A stretch of DNA of 64,000 nucleotides from Clostridia bacterium (GCA_045536565.1 JAZSNU010000020.1:64001-128000); one strand, 5' to 3'; shown: positions 1-10,597, numbered from the stretch's first letter. Notes: generated by a model not told the origin, from the sequence alone. Numbers and translations: made by a program.

Positions 1-1299
1 GAATACTTCATTTCTACTCACGGTGCTAGAAAAGGTCTTACAGATACTGCTTTAAAAACAGCTGACTCTGGATACTTAACAAGAAGACTTGTTGATGTTA
101 ACCAAGATGTTATAGTAACAGAAGACGACTGTGGTACACATGATGGTATAACAGTTGAAGCTATAATGGAAAGTGGAGAGCCAATAGAAAAACTTGAAGA
201 AAGATTAGAAGGAAGATACTTAGCAGAAGATGTTAAGGATTCAGAAGGAAATGTAATAGCAGAAAGAAATACTTATGTAACAGCTGACTTAGCTGAGGTA
301 ATAGTTAAAGCTGGAAATACAAAAGTTAAAGTAAGATCAGTACTTACTTGTGACTTAGGAAGAGGAGTATGTTGTAAATGTTATGGGAGAAACTTAGCAA
401 CAGGTGAACCAATAACAACAGGAGAAGCAGTTGGTATTATAGCTGCACAATCAATCGGTGAACCAGGTACTCAGCTTACAATGAGAACATTCCACTCAGG
501 TGGTGTTGCAGGTGGAGATATAACACAAGGTCTTCCTAGGGTTGAAGAGTTATTTGAAGCCAGAAAACCTAAGGGCGTTGCTATGATAACTGAAATAGCT
601 GGAACAGTTAAATTGGGAGATAATGGTACTAACAAGACTGTAACAGTAATGTCTGATGACAAACAAGCTGAAACATATGTAATACCATTTGGTATGAGAC
701 TATCCGTTAAAGAAGGAGATGTTTTAGAAGCCGGTGATAGGATTACAGAAGGATCGTTAAATCCTCATGATATAATTCGTATTAAAGGTGAGGAAGCAGT
801 TCAAAATTACTTAACTGAGGAAGTACAAAAAGTATATAGAACACAAGGTGTTCATATCAACGATAAACATATCGAAATAGTTGCAAAACAAATGCTTAGA
901 AAAATAAAAGTTGATGATGCAGGAGATACAAAACTAATAGCAGGTTCTGTAATTGATATAAATGAATTCAAGAAAGCTAATAGAAAACTAGAAGAAGGTA
1001 AGAAGAAAGCTACAGGAACAAAAGAACTTCTAGGAATAACAAAAGTAGCTCTTCTTACAGAATCATTCTTATCAGCAGCATCTTTCCAAGAAACAGCAAG
1101 AGTACTTACAGATGCAGCTATAAAAGGTAAAACAGATAGATTGTTAGGATTAAAAGAAAATGTAATTATAGGTAGATTGATTCCTGCCGGAACTGGTGTT
1201 ATTGATTACAAGAACATGGAAGTTAAAGAAGAAGGAAACATAGAAGATTATATTACTGATTCTGATATGGTTTTAACATCTGATGTTATAGTTGAATAA
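1..1299 (+). CDS. rpoC: RNA polymerase beta' subunit, 3' part (5'-truncated by window edge)
   Basis: Frame open from base 1: [33 protein letters not shown]; [18 protein letters not shown]; [11 protein letters not shown]; [17 protein letters not shown]. Confidence 0.99.
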   Translation, partial: EYFISTHGARKGLTDTALKTADSGYLTRRLVDVNQDVIVTEDDCGTHDGITVEAIMESGEPIEKLEERLEGRYLAEDVKDSEGNVIAERNTYVTADLAEVIVKAGNTKVKVRSVLTCDLGRGVCCKCYGRNLATGEPITTGEAVGIIAAQSIGEPGTQLTMRTFHSGGVAGGDITQGLPRVEELFEARKPKGVAMITEIAGTVKLGDNGTNKTVTVMSDDKQAETYVIPFGMRLSVKEGDVLEAGDRITEGSLNPHDIIRIKGEEAVQNYLTEEVQKVYRTQGVHINDKHIEIVAKQMLRKIKVDDAGDTKLIAGSVIDINEFKKANRKLEEGKKKATGTKELLGITKVALLTESFLSAASFQETARVLTDAAIKGKTDRLLGLKENVIIGRLIPAGTGVIDYKNMEVKEEGNIEDYITDSDMVLTSDVIVE

Positions 1300-1309
1300 T
1301 TGAAAAGAT

Positions 1310-1347
1310 AAATAAGTGTGGAGATGAAAACCTCTACACTTATTTTT
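1310..1347 (+). terminator. Intrinsic terminator after rpoC
   Basis: aaataagtgtggag-loop-ctctacacttattt followed by T tract. Confidence 0.8.
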
Positions 1348-1410
1348 GTATATATCTATTGAAAAAATATATAATAATCTTGTATAATGTATATATTATG
1401 GGAGGAACAT

Positions 1411-2553
1411 ATGAAAAAGCTTTTTAATGTAATAGTATTATTTCTATTAATTGCGGTGTGTGTATACTTTTATACAAAGCCAAATAGCATGGTTAATGAA
1501 ATAGAAGTTGAAGAAATACATATAAATGACATGGGAATTACAAATAGCACATATTATTATGAAACGCTAGATGAGCAGCAAAAAAAATATTACAGGATAA
1601 TAGCAAAAGGTGTTATGGATTTAAAAGAAAATATAACAATGGAAATAACAAAGCAAAAAGATTACAATGATTTTAGGAATAATGTAGAGATATCACTTAC
1701 TGCATTTTTAGCAGACCATCCAGAAGTGTTTTTTGTAAATGATAGATATGAAGTTTCTCTGATTGATGGATTGGTGGTCAAAGTACTAAAACTTAAACTT
1801 GATTATATAGCAAATGATATAGCAGAAATAGAAAGAATGGAAGAACAGTTAGAAAAACAAATTAATACAATTAGTGAAAAAGCCAGATATTATGAAAGTG
1901 AATATGAGAAAGAAATTTTTATTCATGATAGTATTGCGGCAAGTGTTGCGTATTATGAGTATGATAATTATGAAGATATTCCTACTATAAAACATACAGC
2001 ATATGGTGCATTAGTCGAAGGTTCGGCTGTTTGCGATGGTATTACAAAGGCTTTTCAACTTATTCTTGCAAAGGCTAATGTTGATAGTATATTTGTAACA
2101 GGAACAACGGATGGAGTAGCACATGCTTGGAATAAGGTTAAAATAGATGGTGAATATTACAATGTAGATTTAACATCGGACAAGACATTAGGTAATGATA
2201 ATAATTCCCTTATAATACATTCATATTTCAATGTAACAGATGAGGAAATACTTAATACACATACAATAGATAAAAATGAAAATTTGCCACAATGTACATC
2301 AACAAAGTATAACTATTATTTATATAATGATTACGAGATAACTTTTATGGATAGTTTTGAGTATAAATTAGAAAGCATAGTTAATAGTCAAAAGAGCAAA
2401 GGACTTATAGAGATTAGGATAGTAGGGATTAATGATATACCTTCTGAACTTATAACTGGACTATATAATATTAATTTTAGTAATTATAAAACAAATAATA
2501 TAACAAAAGTGCAGTATCATAAAGTAAATGATAATTATATTATTGTAAAATAA
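1411..2553 (+). CDS. Membrane-anchored transglutaminase-like domain protein
   Basis: N-terminal TM; AYGALVEGSAVCDG, HAWNKVKIDGEYYNVDLT (Cys-His-Asp triad); GGAGG before ATG 1411. Confidence 0.85.
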   Translation: MKKLFNVIVLFLLIAVCVYFYTKPNSMVNEIEVEEIHINDMGITNSTYYYETLDEQQKKYYRIIAKGVMDLKENITMEITKQKDYNDFRNNVEISLTAFLADHPEVFFVNDRYEVSLIDGLVVKVLKLKLDYIANDIAEIERMEEQLEKQINTISEKARYYESEYEKEIFIHDSIAASVAYYEYDNYEDIPTIKHTAYGALVEGSAVCDGITKAFQLILAKANVDSIFVTGTTDGVAHAWNKVKIDGEYYNVDLTSDKTLGNDNNSLIIHSYFNVTDEEILNTHTIDKNENLPQCTSTKYNYYLYNDYEITFMDSFEYKLESIVNSQKSKGLIEIRIVGINDIPSELITGLYNINFSNYKTNNITKVQYHKVNDNYIIVK

Positions 2554-2593
2554 ATAATCATATAGGAACATAATATAGATAGTATGAGGGAGA

Positions 2594-3157
2594 ATGCCCA
2601 TGAGATATTATCTATATAGAGATGTTGAACTATTAAAAGAAATATATTCTCAATTTGACAATTTAAATTTAGATTTAGATGTAATTGAAAGAATTGATGC
2701 TAAATCTTGTTCCCAAGAGGAAGGTATATTTACAGAGCCAGAAACAAAACTAGATGGAAAGTGTGATATGAGAATTAAAATAGGAGCGAGAACGGCTAAT
2801 AGTTCAAATGTAACGACTATTAGTGAATATGCTAATATGGAGGATATAAAAGATATACACAATAAAAGATTCTATCATACACTAATTGATAATTTGTCTA
2901 GAAAGAAAGTTGTGTGTAAAGGTGTAGATATTGAATGTGGAAAAATAAATTGCATGAGAAAAGAGCAGGATGGAATAGACAAATTTGTTGAAGTAAATGG
3001 AACATATATATGGTATGAGTGTGATAAATTATCTAACGATATACATGTGCTATCTACAATTACTGATAAAATAGAGGTGGTAGGATGTGTTATTAAAGAA
3101 AAAGATGATTTTTCACCAAAGGTAATAAAGGCGATAGCAATGTATATAGATACATAA
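2594..3157 (+). CDS. Hypothetical protein (weak DUF6414-like termini)
   Basis: 187 aa ORF with SD; YLYRD...IYSQ start and IKAIAMY end. Confidence 0.6.
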   Translation: MPMRYYLYRDVELLKEIYSQFDNLNLDLDVIERIDAKSCSQEEGIFTEPETKLDGKCDMRIKIGARTANSSNVTTISEYANMEDIKDIHNKRFYHTLIDNLSRKKVVCKGVDIECGKINCMRKEQDGIDKFVEVNGTYIWYECDKLSNDIHVLSTITDKIEVVGCVIKEKDDFSPKVIKAIAMYIDT

Positions 3158-3171
3158 TGTAGGGGGAAATA

Positions 3172-3537
3172 GTGAATAAAAAACAGTTATTTAGGAGGTT
3201 ATTTGTGGTTATAAGAATAATATCATATATTCTTGTAATATACACGACATACTCTTTAATAAAAGAAAATACACGATTTATGTGTACATGGAATGAAAAA
3301 TATGGCATAATTTGTCCAAGTTGTGGAGCAACGAGGGCTACATTATCAGTGATTAAAGGTGATATTGTACAAGCTATGAAATATAACATGGTATATACTG
3401 TAGCAATATTACCTGCCATTTTCTTGTTTATTGTAGATGATATTGTGTGTGTATTATTAAGAATTCTTAAAGTTACTAAAAAGAATTCTTTGTTTGAAAC
3501 ATTGTTAGAAGTGGATAGTGGTGATAATTATGACTAA
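3172..3537 (+). CDS. DUF2752 family membrane protein
   Basis: CPSCGATRA motif between TM helices. Confidence 0.85.
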   Translation: MNKKQLFRRLFVVIRIISYILVIYTTYSLIKENTRFMCTWNEKYGIICPSCGATRATLSVIKGDIVQAMKYNMVYTVAILPAIFLFIVDDIVCVLLRILKVTKKNSLFETLLEVDSGDNYD

Positions 3538-3730
3538 AAATCTTTGTGATATATTTGTAATAATAGTATCAATTTATATAGTAGTAGAAATGTTTAGGCA
3601 TTTATTTATAGTTAGAAGCAATAAATGTGAAGAAGATGAAATAAAAATGCATCTAAAAAAATCAAGAGTTTTAATAATATTAATTGTACTGATATATGCA
3701 GTATATGGAATGATAAGAAATTTACTATAA
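3530..3730 (+). CDS. Small two-TM hypothetical protein
   Basis: GGTGA SD, overlaps upstream stop, two hydrophobic segments. Confidence 0.6.
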   Translation: MTKNLCDIFVIIVSIYIVVEMFRHLFIVRSNKCEEDEIKMHLKKSRVLIILIVLIYAVYGMIRNLL

Positions 3731-3734
3731 AAAT

Positions 3735-3767
3735 ACAACTGGTATTTTAATTTACCAGTTGTTTTTT
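3735..3767. terminator. Terminator between convergent genes
   Basis: acaactggta / taccagttgt stem plus T tract. Confidence 0.8.
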
Positions 3768-3789
3768 ATATATTAAAATTATAGTTGTA

Positions 3790-4080
3790 TTAATACATTT
3801 CTCCCATAGCAGAAGCAAGACCAGCAGCTGCTCCAACACCTAATATTACTAATAATACATATAGTGCTATTGCTATTATTCCAAGAATAAAACCTGCTTT
3901 TGCCATACCTTTTCCACCTTTTTTCTTACCAATAATACCAAAGATTATTGCAAGAATAGAACAAGGAATAGATATCCACCATATACAAGTAAATACAACT
4001 GCTACAATACCAAGTACCATAGAAGCAATGCTAAGGCCTTTTTTCTCTGCTACTGGATTGTTTTGAACTTCATTTTCCAT
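3790..4080 (-). CDS. DUF4190 family membrane protein
   Basis: LSIASMVLGI...AIIFGIIG...GKGMAKAGFILGII. Confidence 0.85.
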   Translation of the reverse strand: MENEVQNNPVAEKKGLSIASMVLGIVAVVFTCIWWISIPCSILAIIFGIIGKKKGGKGMAKAGFILGIIAIALYVLLVILGVGAAAGLASAMGEMY

Positions 4081-4213
4081 AGTAAAACCTCCTTAATATA
4101 TTTTACAAGATAAGAATAGCATAAAATGTCTACTTAGTCAATAATTTTAATCAATCTACCGTAAAATAGGTAGAATAAAAATGAAATTATGTAAAATAAA
4201 CAATTTAAAACAA

Positions 4214-4242
4214 TTGACATAAACAAACAATTGTAATATAAT
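4214..4242 (+). promoter_or_regulatory. Sigma-A promoter of typA
   Basis: TTGACA-17-TATAAT. Confidence 0.85.
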
Positions 4243-4284
4243 ATTTAATTGTAGATTAAATAAAAAAGGAAAAGAGGAATTTAA

Positions 4285-6096
4285 ATGAAAAACATAAGAA
4301 ATGTAGCAATTATAGCGCATGTTGACCACGGTAAAACAACACTTGTAGACAGCTTGCTTAATCAAAGTGGTGTGTTTAGATCAAATGAACAAGTGGCAGA
4401 AAGAGTAATGGACTCTGGTGATATTGAAAAAGAAAGAGGAATAACAATACTTTCTAAAAATACTGCTATTGAGTATAACGGTATGAAAATAAATATAGTT
4501 GATACACCAGGACATGCTGATTTTGGTGGAGAAGTAGAAAGAGTATTAAAAATGGTAGAAGGTGTACTTCTTGTTGTAGATGCTTTTGATGGACCAATGC
4601 CACAAACAAGATTCGTTCTTAACAAGGCTTTATCTTTAAATTTAGTACCAATTGTTGTTATAAATAAAATTGATAGACCAGGAGCAAGACCAGAAGCAGT
4701 CCTAGACGAAGTATTAGAACTATTCTTAGAACTTGATGCAACAGAAGAACAACTAGATTTTAAAGTGGTATATGCATCAGGAAAGAATAAATTTGCAAAA
4801 GCTGAACTTACTGACGAATCAACAGATATGAAACCGTTATTTGATGCTATTATAGATACAGTTCCAGAACCGACAGGAAGTGAAGATGAACCACTTCAAT
4901 TGTTGGTATCAAATATAGATTATGACGAATATACAGGAAGAATTGGTATAGGTAAAATAGAAAGAGGCGTAATCCATAATGGTGAACAAGTTGCACTATG
5001 TAAAAAAGATGGAACAGTGCAAAATATAAAAATAGGTAAATTATTAACATATTCAGGACTAAAAAGAGTAGAAACAGATATGGCAAAATGTGGAGATATC
5101 GTTGCAGTTACTGGACTAGAAGGGATAAACATTGGTGAAACTATTGCAGATATTCAGAATCCAGAAGCAGTTGAATTTATAGATATAGACGAACCTACTG
5201 TTTCTATGACATTTAGTGTAAATAATGGACCATTTGCAGGTAAAGAAGGCAAATTTATCACATCTAGACATTTAAGAGATAGACTCTTTAAAGAGTTAGA
5301 AACAAATGTATCTTTAAGAGTTGAAGAAACTGATAGCCCAGATAGTTTTAAAGTTTATGGTAGAGGAGAATTACATCTTTCTATTTTAATAGAAAATATG
5401 AGAAGAGAAGGATTTGAACTTATGGTTTCAAAGCCAACTGTTGTATACAAAACAATTGATGGTGTTAAATGTGAACCTATGGAACTTGCTACAATAGACA
5501 TTCCAGAAGAATATATTGGAACAGTAATGGAAAAAATGGGTAACAGAAAAGGTGAAATGACAAACATGGCTTCTTCGCCTTCACAAGCAGGATATACTAG
5601 ATTAGAATTTAAGATACCAGCAAGAGGGTTAATTGGATATAGAAATGAGTTCTTAACAGATACAAAAGGTACAGGAATACTTAATTCTATATTTGCTGGT
5701 TATGAACCAGATAGAGGTGAAGTTACAACAAGATCAAGAGGCGTTGTAATAGCATTTGAAAAAGGTAAATCAACAACTTATGGACTATTTAACGCGCAAG
5801 AGAGATCAACACTGTTTATAGGGCCAGGTGTAGAAGTTTATCTTGGAATGATTGTTGGTGAAAATGCAAGAAGTGAAGATATGACAGTAAATGTATGTAA
5901 AGAAAAACATTTAACTAATACTAGAGCATCTGGAAGTGATGATGCATTAAAATTGGTACCTCACAGACAATTATCACTAGAAGAAGCATTAGAATTTATA
6001 TCTGATGACGAACTTGTTGAAGTTACACCAGAAAATATAAGACTTAGAAAGAAGATATTAGATCCTACTGAAAGATTAAGGGCTTCAAGAAAATAG
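4285..6096 (+). CDS. typA: Translational GTPase TypA/BipA
   Basis: AHVDHGKTT, DTPGHADF, NKID, GRGELHL, BipA C-terminal EVTPENIRLRK. Confidence 0.98.
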   Translation: MKNIRNVAIIAHVDHGKTTLVDSLLNQSGVFRSNEQVAERVMDSGDIEKERGITILSKNTAIEYNGMKINIVDTPGHADFGGEVERVLKMVEGVLLVVDAFDGPMPQTRFVLNKALSLNLVPIVVINKIDRPGARPEAVLDEVLELFLELDATEEQLDFKVVYASGKNKFAKAELTDESTDMKPLFDAIIDTVPEPTGSEDEPLQLLVSNIDYDEYTGRIGIGKIERGVIHNGEQVALCKKDGTVQNIKIGKLLTYSGLKRVETDMAKCGDIVAVTGLEGINIGETIADIQNPEAVEFIDIDEPTVSMTFSVNNGPFAGKEGKFITSRHLRDRLFKELETNVSLRVEETDSPDSFKVYGRGELHLSILIENMRREGFELMVSKPTVVYKTIDGVKCEPMELATIDIPEEYIGTVMEKMGNRKGEMTNMASSPSQAGYTRLEFKIPARGLIGYRNEFLTDTKGTGILNSIFAGYEPDRGEVTTRSRGVVIAFEKGKSTTYGLFNAQERSTLFIGPGVEVYLGMIVGENARSEDMTVNVCKEKHLTNTRASGSDDALKLVPHRQLSLEEALEFISDDELVEVTPENIRLRKKILDPTERLRASRK

Positions 6097-6165
6097 AAAG
6101 ATAAATAATATAAAAAGCTTTTACATATAAATATAATGGATATTTGTATGTGGAGGCTTTTTCTT

Positions 6166-6399
6166 ATGGAATGGTATGATTGCACTGACCCAGAAGAACT
6201 TGTTCTTATTGCAACTGCTATGTCAATTGGTATATCTAAAAATCTAACAACAAATCAGGTTAATTCGTTAGGCAATTTTTTAGAAATGGTAGGACAAAAT
6301 CTACTTACTATTGCGGCCCAAAGAGTGCTATATGAAAATAAATGTATAAATAATATAACAGATGAACAAGCAGAAGATGAACTTTTTGGAAGAGAATAG
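6166..6399 (+). CDS. Small conserved protein (DUF6774-like)
   Basis: ELVLIATAMSIGISKNLT...LGNFLEMVGQNLLTIAAQ; GGAGG upstream. Confidence 0.7.
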   Translation: MEWYDCTDPEELVLIATAMSIGISKNLTTNQVNSLGNFLEMVGQNLLTIAAQRVLYENKCINNITDEQAEDELFGRE

Positions 6400-6531
6400 T
6401 TAGAAAGTCTTTTATATAGCAACATATATTGGCAGGTATATTTAGGGAATACTTGTAATCATATTAAATAAGTGATATAATACATAAAAATTTGGAATAA
6501 TCCAAAAATTAATATTTAGGAGGTTATTAAA

Positions 6532-7179
6532 ATGAAAGTTTTAGTTATTGGTGCAAACAATTCAGGCAAGGGTACTTTGGTTAGACTCTTGAAAGAAAAA
6601 ACGGGATTAACTACTATTGGTTGTAGCAGCGTGCTTAATGCACATGACCTAGATATTGCAACAGGTGAGTTACTTCCAGATGAACCCGTAAATGAAATAA
6701 TGAAGGACTATTTAAATGAATATGAACACTTCATATTGGACGGATATCCTAGAACCCTTGCTCAAAATGAGTATATGAAAGAATTTTGTCAGCCAGACTT
6801 AGTTGTAGTGTTAAATATAACCGAGGAAGAAGTACTAGGCAGAGCAGTTGGAAGGAGAATTTGTAATACTTGCTCAGATATATATAATTTAAATGGATTC
6901 AGAATTCCTAAAAAAGAAGGTATCTGTGATAAGTGTGGAGGCGAGCTATTACATCGTGAAGATGATAAAGAAGAAGCGGTTAAAAGAAGATATAAAGAAT
7001 ATATAGAAAAGACTTATCCAATTGTTAAAAGTTATAAGGATATAAATTCAAAGACAATTGTATGGGAATTTGATGTGAGTCAGCAGTCTAATGATGAAAT
7101 ATCAAATGTAGTTGCAGAGTATATAAACTATATAATGATGGAAGAATATAATGCAGATGCAATAGGCGTTATAGAGTAA
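6532..7179 (+). CDS. Divergent adenylate kinase family nucleoside monophosphate kinase
   Basis: GANNSGKGT P-loop, LDGYPRT, zinc LID CNTC...CDKC, REDD. Confidence 0.85.
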   Translation: MKVLVIGANNSGKGTLVRLLKEKTGLTTIGCSSVLNAHDLDIATGELLPDEPVNEIMKDYLNEYEHFILDGYPRTLAQNEYMKEFCQPDLVVVLNITEEEVLGRAVGRRICNTCSDIYNLNGFRIPKKEGICDKCGGELLHREDDKEEAVKRRYKEYIEKTYPIVKSYKDINSKTIVWEFDVSQQSNDEISNVVAEYINYIMMEEYNADAIGVIE

Positions 7180-7187
7180 TGCAAAAC

Positions 7188-7215
7188 AAAAAAGAGAGAT
7201 AAATCTCTCTTTTTT
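7188..7215. terminator. Bidirectional terminator
   Basis: aaaaaagagagat-aa-atctctctttttt. Confidence 0.8.
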
Positions 7216-7251
7216 GCTTTACATTTATATATTATATTGTGTGTTTTTACA

Positions 7252-7731
7252 TTATTTTTCTGTGCTACCAAAACCGCCTAATCTTTGCCCTTCTGCAATA
7301 TCATTATCTATTGTAAGGAACTTTTGGAAAACAGCTTGTGCAATTCTTTCGCCTTTTTTTATGACTATATCTTCGTTGCAGAAATTATAGACGCTAACTA
7401 AAATTTCTCCGTCATTTGTAAGATTGGAATAATAGTCGCATTCAAATACACCAACGCTATTGGCTAAAACCAAACCTCTTTTTGATGGCCCACTTGATCT
7501 GTTAAAAAGATACATAACTTCATCTGACTCAAAATATGCCTTTACTCCTGTCTTTATAAGTGTGGGTTTGTTAATTAATTCATTATTATCTTTTATCATA
7601 ATAAACAAAGAAGGAACTAGCGTATCTTCTGCTGCTTCAATATCGTAACCAACTGCATGAGCAGTTTGTCTTTTTGGTAAATTAATATTTTTATCTTCGT
7701 ATCCTTTGCAAATTTCAAATCCTCTTGACAT
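7252..7731 (-). CDS. dut: Trimeric dUTP diphosphatase
   Basis: AVGYDI, NRSS, GERIAQAVF, RLGGFGST motifs. Confidence 0.92.
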   Translation of the reverse strand: MSRGFEICKGYEDKNINLPKRQTAHAVGYDIEAAEDTLVPSLFIMIKDNNELINKPTLIKTGVKAYFESDEVMYLFNRSSGPSKRGLVLANSVGVFECDYYSNLTNDGEILVSVYNFCNEDIVIKKGERIAQAVFQKFLTIDNDIAEGQRLGGFGSTEK

Positions 7732-7791
7732 GTTTATTACCTCCTAAAAACATAATAAAATAGCTCTGTTAAAGAACTATTTTACTTTTAA

Positions 7792-8673
7792 TTATTTAAT
7801 ATTTCTAAGTGCGTTAATTCTATTTACGATACTTGGATGAGTAGACATCAAATTGTCTTTTTCTGCTTTTGTTTTAAATGGGTTTGCTATAAATAGATGA
7901 GCAGTTGACTTATTAGCACTTCTTAGCGGAATAGGATCAGTAGAAATTTTAGTTAATGCATCTATAAGTCCGTCTGGATTTCTAGTTATCTCTACAGCTG
8001 AGGCATCTGCTAGATACTCTCTTTTTCTTGATATAGCAAGTTGCATAAGAGTAGCAAAAATAGGTGATAGAATTAAAAATACAATAGCTATCAATGATAA
8101 AATAGCACCGCTTTTGTTCTCATCATTGTTTCTTCTTCCTCGAAATGCCCATCTAGAAAAAAAGTCTGATAATATAACAACAAGTCCAACGAAAACAGAT
8201 ACAATTGTTGAAAGTAAAATATCATAATTTTTTATATGCGAAAGTTCATGTGCAATTACACCTTCTAGTTCGTATTTGTCTAACTTTTCTATAATTCCAG
8301 TTGTTAAACATATAACTGCATTTTCTGGGTTTCTTCCAGTCGCAAAAGCATTAAGAGCATTGTCTTCAATAACATATAATTTTGGTTTAGGAAGACCTGA
8401 TGCTATACACAGGTTTTCTAGTATTGTATCTATAAGTAAATCTTGCTCTCTTGTTGCAGGTCTTGCGTTGTTTAATGCAAGTACCATTTTATCACAGTTA
8501 TAGTATGATATAACAGATGGGATAATAGAAAAAGCAAGAGCAAAAACAATTGAAAGTGGTCCCAAATCAAAGTACATACATATTGCATATACACCTATCA
8601 TTATTACTATTATAAAAATAGAAATAATAAAAAAAGACGATATTTTGTTTTTTCTTACTTCTTCTAAAATCAT
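7792..8673 (-). CDS. htpX: M48 zinc metalloprotease HtpX
   Basis: NAFATG, AHELSH, SRKREYLAD, STHP. Confidence 0.95.
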   Translation of the reverse strand: MILEEVRKNKISSFFIISIFIIVIMIGVYAICMYFDLGPLSIVFALAFSIIPSVISYYNCDKMVLALNNARPATREQDLLIDTILENLCIASGLPKPKLYVIEDNALNAFATGRNPENAVICLTTGIIEKLDKYELEGVIAHELSHIKNYDILLSTIVSVFVGLVVILSDFFSRWAFRGRRNNDENKSGAILSLIAIVFLILSPIFATLMQLAISRKREYLADASAVEITRNPDGLIDALTKISTDPIPLRSANKSTAHLFIANPFKTKAEKDNLMSTHPSIVNRINALRNIK

Positions 8674-8691
8674 ATAAATTATTCTCCTAAA

Positions 8692-9243
8692 TTAGAATTG
8701 AACTTTTACAGCTTCTCTTTGTGCTTCGTCAGTAACTGCGAAGAAAGGTTCTTCTTTAAAACCAAACATATTTGCTATAATGTTGTTTGGGAATACCGCT
8801 AATGATTCATTATATTTTTGAACTGTATCGTTATAGAATTGCCTTGCAAAAGCAATTTTATCTTCTGTTCCAGTAAGTTCTATTTGAAGAGCTTTGAAGT
8901 TTTCGTTTGCTTTTAAATCAGGATAACTTTCAGATAAAGCAAATATTGATTTTAAACAATTTGAAAGCTCATTACTTGCAGCGGCTGTATCGTTTACTGA
9001 ATTTGCTGCTGTATATTTGTTTCTAGCCTCAATAACTTTTTCAAGAGTTCCCTCTTCGTGTTTTGCATAACCTTTAACAGTTTCTACTAAATTTGGTATT
9101 AAATCAAATCTTCTCTTTAATTGAGTATCTATTTGAGCCCACGCATTTTTAACGCGTAATCTTAAAGATACTAAATTGTTGTATACTCCTACTACAAAAA
9201 GTATAAGTAAAACGACTACACCTAAAATAATCCAACCTATCAT
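8692..9243 (-). CDS. lemA: LemA family protein
   Basis: AWAQIDTQLKRRFDLIPNLVETVKGYAKHE, YPDLKAN; precedes htpX. Confidence 0.95.
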   Translation of the reverse strand: MIGWIILGVVVLLILFVVGVYNNLVSLRLRVKNAWAQIDTQLKRRFDLIPNLVETVKGYAKHEEGTLEKVIEARNKYTAANSVNDTAAASNELSNCLKSIFALSESYPDLKANENFKALQIELTGTEDKIAFARQFYNDTVQKYNESLAVFPNNIIANMFGFKEEPFFAVTDEAQREAVKVQF

Positions 9244-9406
9244 TTTAAACCTCCTCATTATTAATATAAATATATTTTATCATTAAAATTTGATTAAAAC
9301 AAGATATAAAGAGTAATATAATTAAATTTGATTGTTTAGACATATTATGCATAATTATTGGACAAATATAATATAAATATAGTAGATATAAATTAAAAAT
9401 ATAAAT

Positions 9407-9435
9407 TTGACAAAGAAAAACTAGTATAGTATAAT
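9407..9435 (+). promoter_or_regulatory. Sigma-A promoter of YabE-like gene
   Basis: TTGACA-17-TATAAT. Confidence 0.85.
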
Positions 9436-9471
9436 ATAAGTATCACGGTATAACTGTAAGGAGGAATATTA

Positions 9472-10554
9472 GTGAACGAAGATAAGATATACATGCTAAG
9501 AAAAATATTTGTAATGCTCACATGTATATTAGTATTTGTTACATTAGGGCTTGTAGTGATTAAGTTTCAAACAAAAGATGTAACAATAGATTATTATGGA
9601 AAAGTAGAACATATTAAAACAATGTCTAATACAGTTGAAGGACTTTTAATGCAAAACAAAATACACATTGATGAAAAAGCAGTTGTAACACCAGGAATTG
9701 AAAATAGACTAGAAAACGATATGGTTATAAAAATATATTCAGAAGAAGATGAAGTTGCATATTTAGATATGGATACATATTATGAAATGGCAAAAAGTAA
9801 TATAGTAGAAAAAGTAGTTGAAGAAATCCATTATATAGAATATGCAAAAGAAGAGAAAAGCAATGCATCGATGGTAAGAGGAGCAAGCAAAGTTATTCAA
9901 GCAGGCGAGCAAGGTGAAAAAACCGCTACATATGTAATAAAATATGATAATGAACAAGAGGTAGCAAGAAAATTAGTTAACGAAGAAATATCAAAAGAAC
10001 CAGTTTCTGAGATTATCGATGTTGGTACAGCAATTCCAACTGTATCTAGGGGAGATATGTCAAGAGTAAACCCTAATGACTTAGTAGCAGATGCAGGTTT
10101 TAGACAATATAATATCAATTTAAGTACAGAATTACAAATATATGCATATAACATGGCAAAAAAATATGGAGTGCCGTATGAATTATTTTTAGCCATGATG
10201 TATGTAGAGAGTGGTTTCCAATCTCATAAAATTAGTTCAACAAATGACTATGGTATGTGTCAAATAAACATTAGTAACCACGCATATTTAACAAGACAAT
10301 TAGGAGTAACAAACTTCTTAGATCCATATCAAAATATACAAGCAGGTGCGTTCTTCTTAGCAAGATATTTTAACTCTTGGAGAGGTTCATCACCAGACCA
10401 AGGAACATTAGAATTACATGCATTAAACTCATATAACAGAGGAGAAGGAAGCTATAGAAAATATTTAGCTAATGGTAATTCTGCAACATCTTGGTACTAT
10501 GGTAATAAAGTAGTAGATGCAAGAAACAGATTAGTTGCAAATGGTGGATTATAA
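9472..10554 (+). CDS. YabE/RpfB-like cell-wall enzyme: TM, DUF348, G5, SLT lytic transglycosylase
   Basis: TVEGLLMQNKI (DUF348), QAGEQGEK...EPVSEIIDVGT (G5), MMYVESGF / YGMCQIN / SYNRG (SLT motifs); upstream of rsmA. Confidence 0.85.
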   Translation: MNEDKIYMLRKIFVMLTCILVFVTLGLVVIKFQTKDVTIDYYGKVEHIKTMSNTVEGLLMQNKIHIDEKAVVTPGIENRLENDMVIKIYSEEDEVAYLDMDTYYEMAKSNIVEKVVEEIHYIEYAKEEKSNASMVRGASKVIQAGEQGEKTATYVIKYDNEQEVARKLVNEEISKEPVSEIIDVGTAIPTVSRGDMSRVNPNDLVADAGFRQYNINLSTELQIYAYNMAKKYGVPYELFLAMMYVESGFQSHKISSTNDYGMCQINISNHAYLTRQLGVTNFLDPYQNIQAGAFFLARYFNSWRGSSPDQGTLELHALNSYNRGEGSYRKYLANGNSATSWYYGNKVVDARNRLVANGGL

Positions 10555-10566
10555 TAAAATGTATAT

Positions 10567-10597
10567 AGAGGCATTATGATTAATCATAATGCTTTTT
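10567..10597 (+). terminator. Terminator between YabE-like gene and rsmA
   Basis: gcattatgat/atcataatgc stem plus T tract. Confidence 0.7.
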
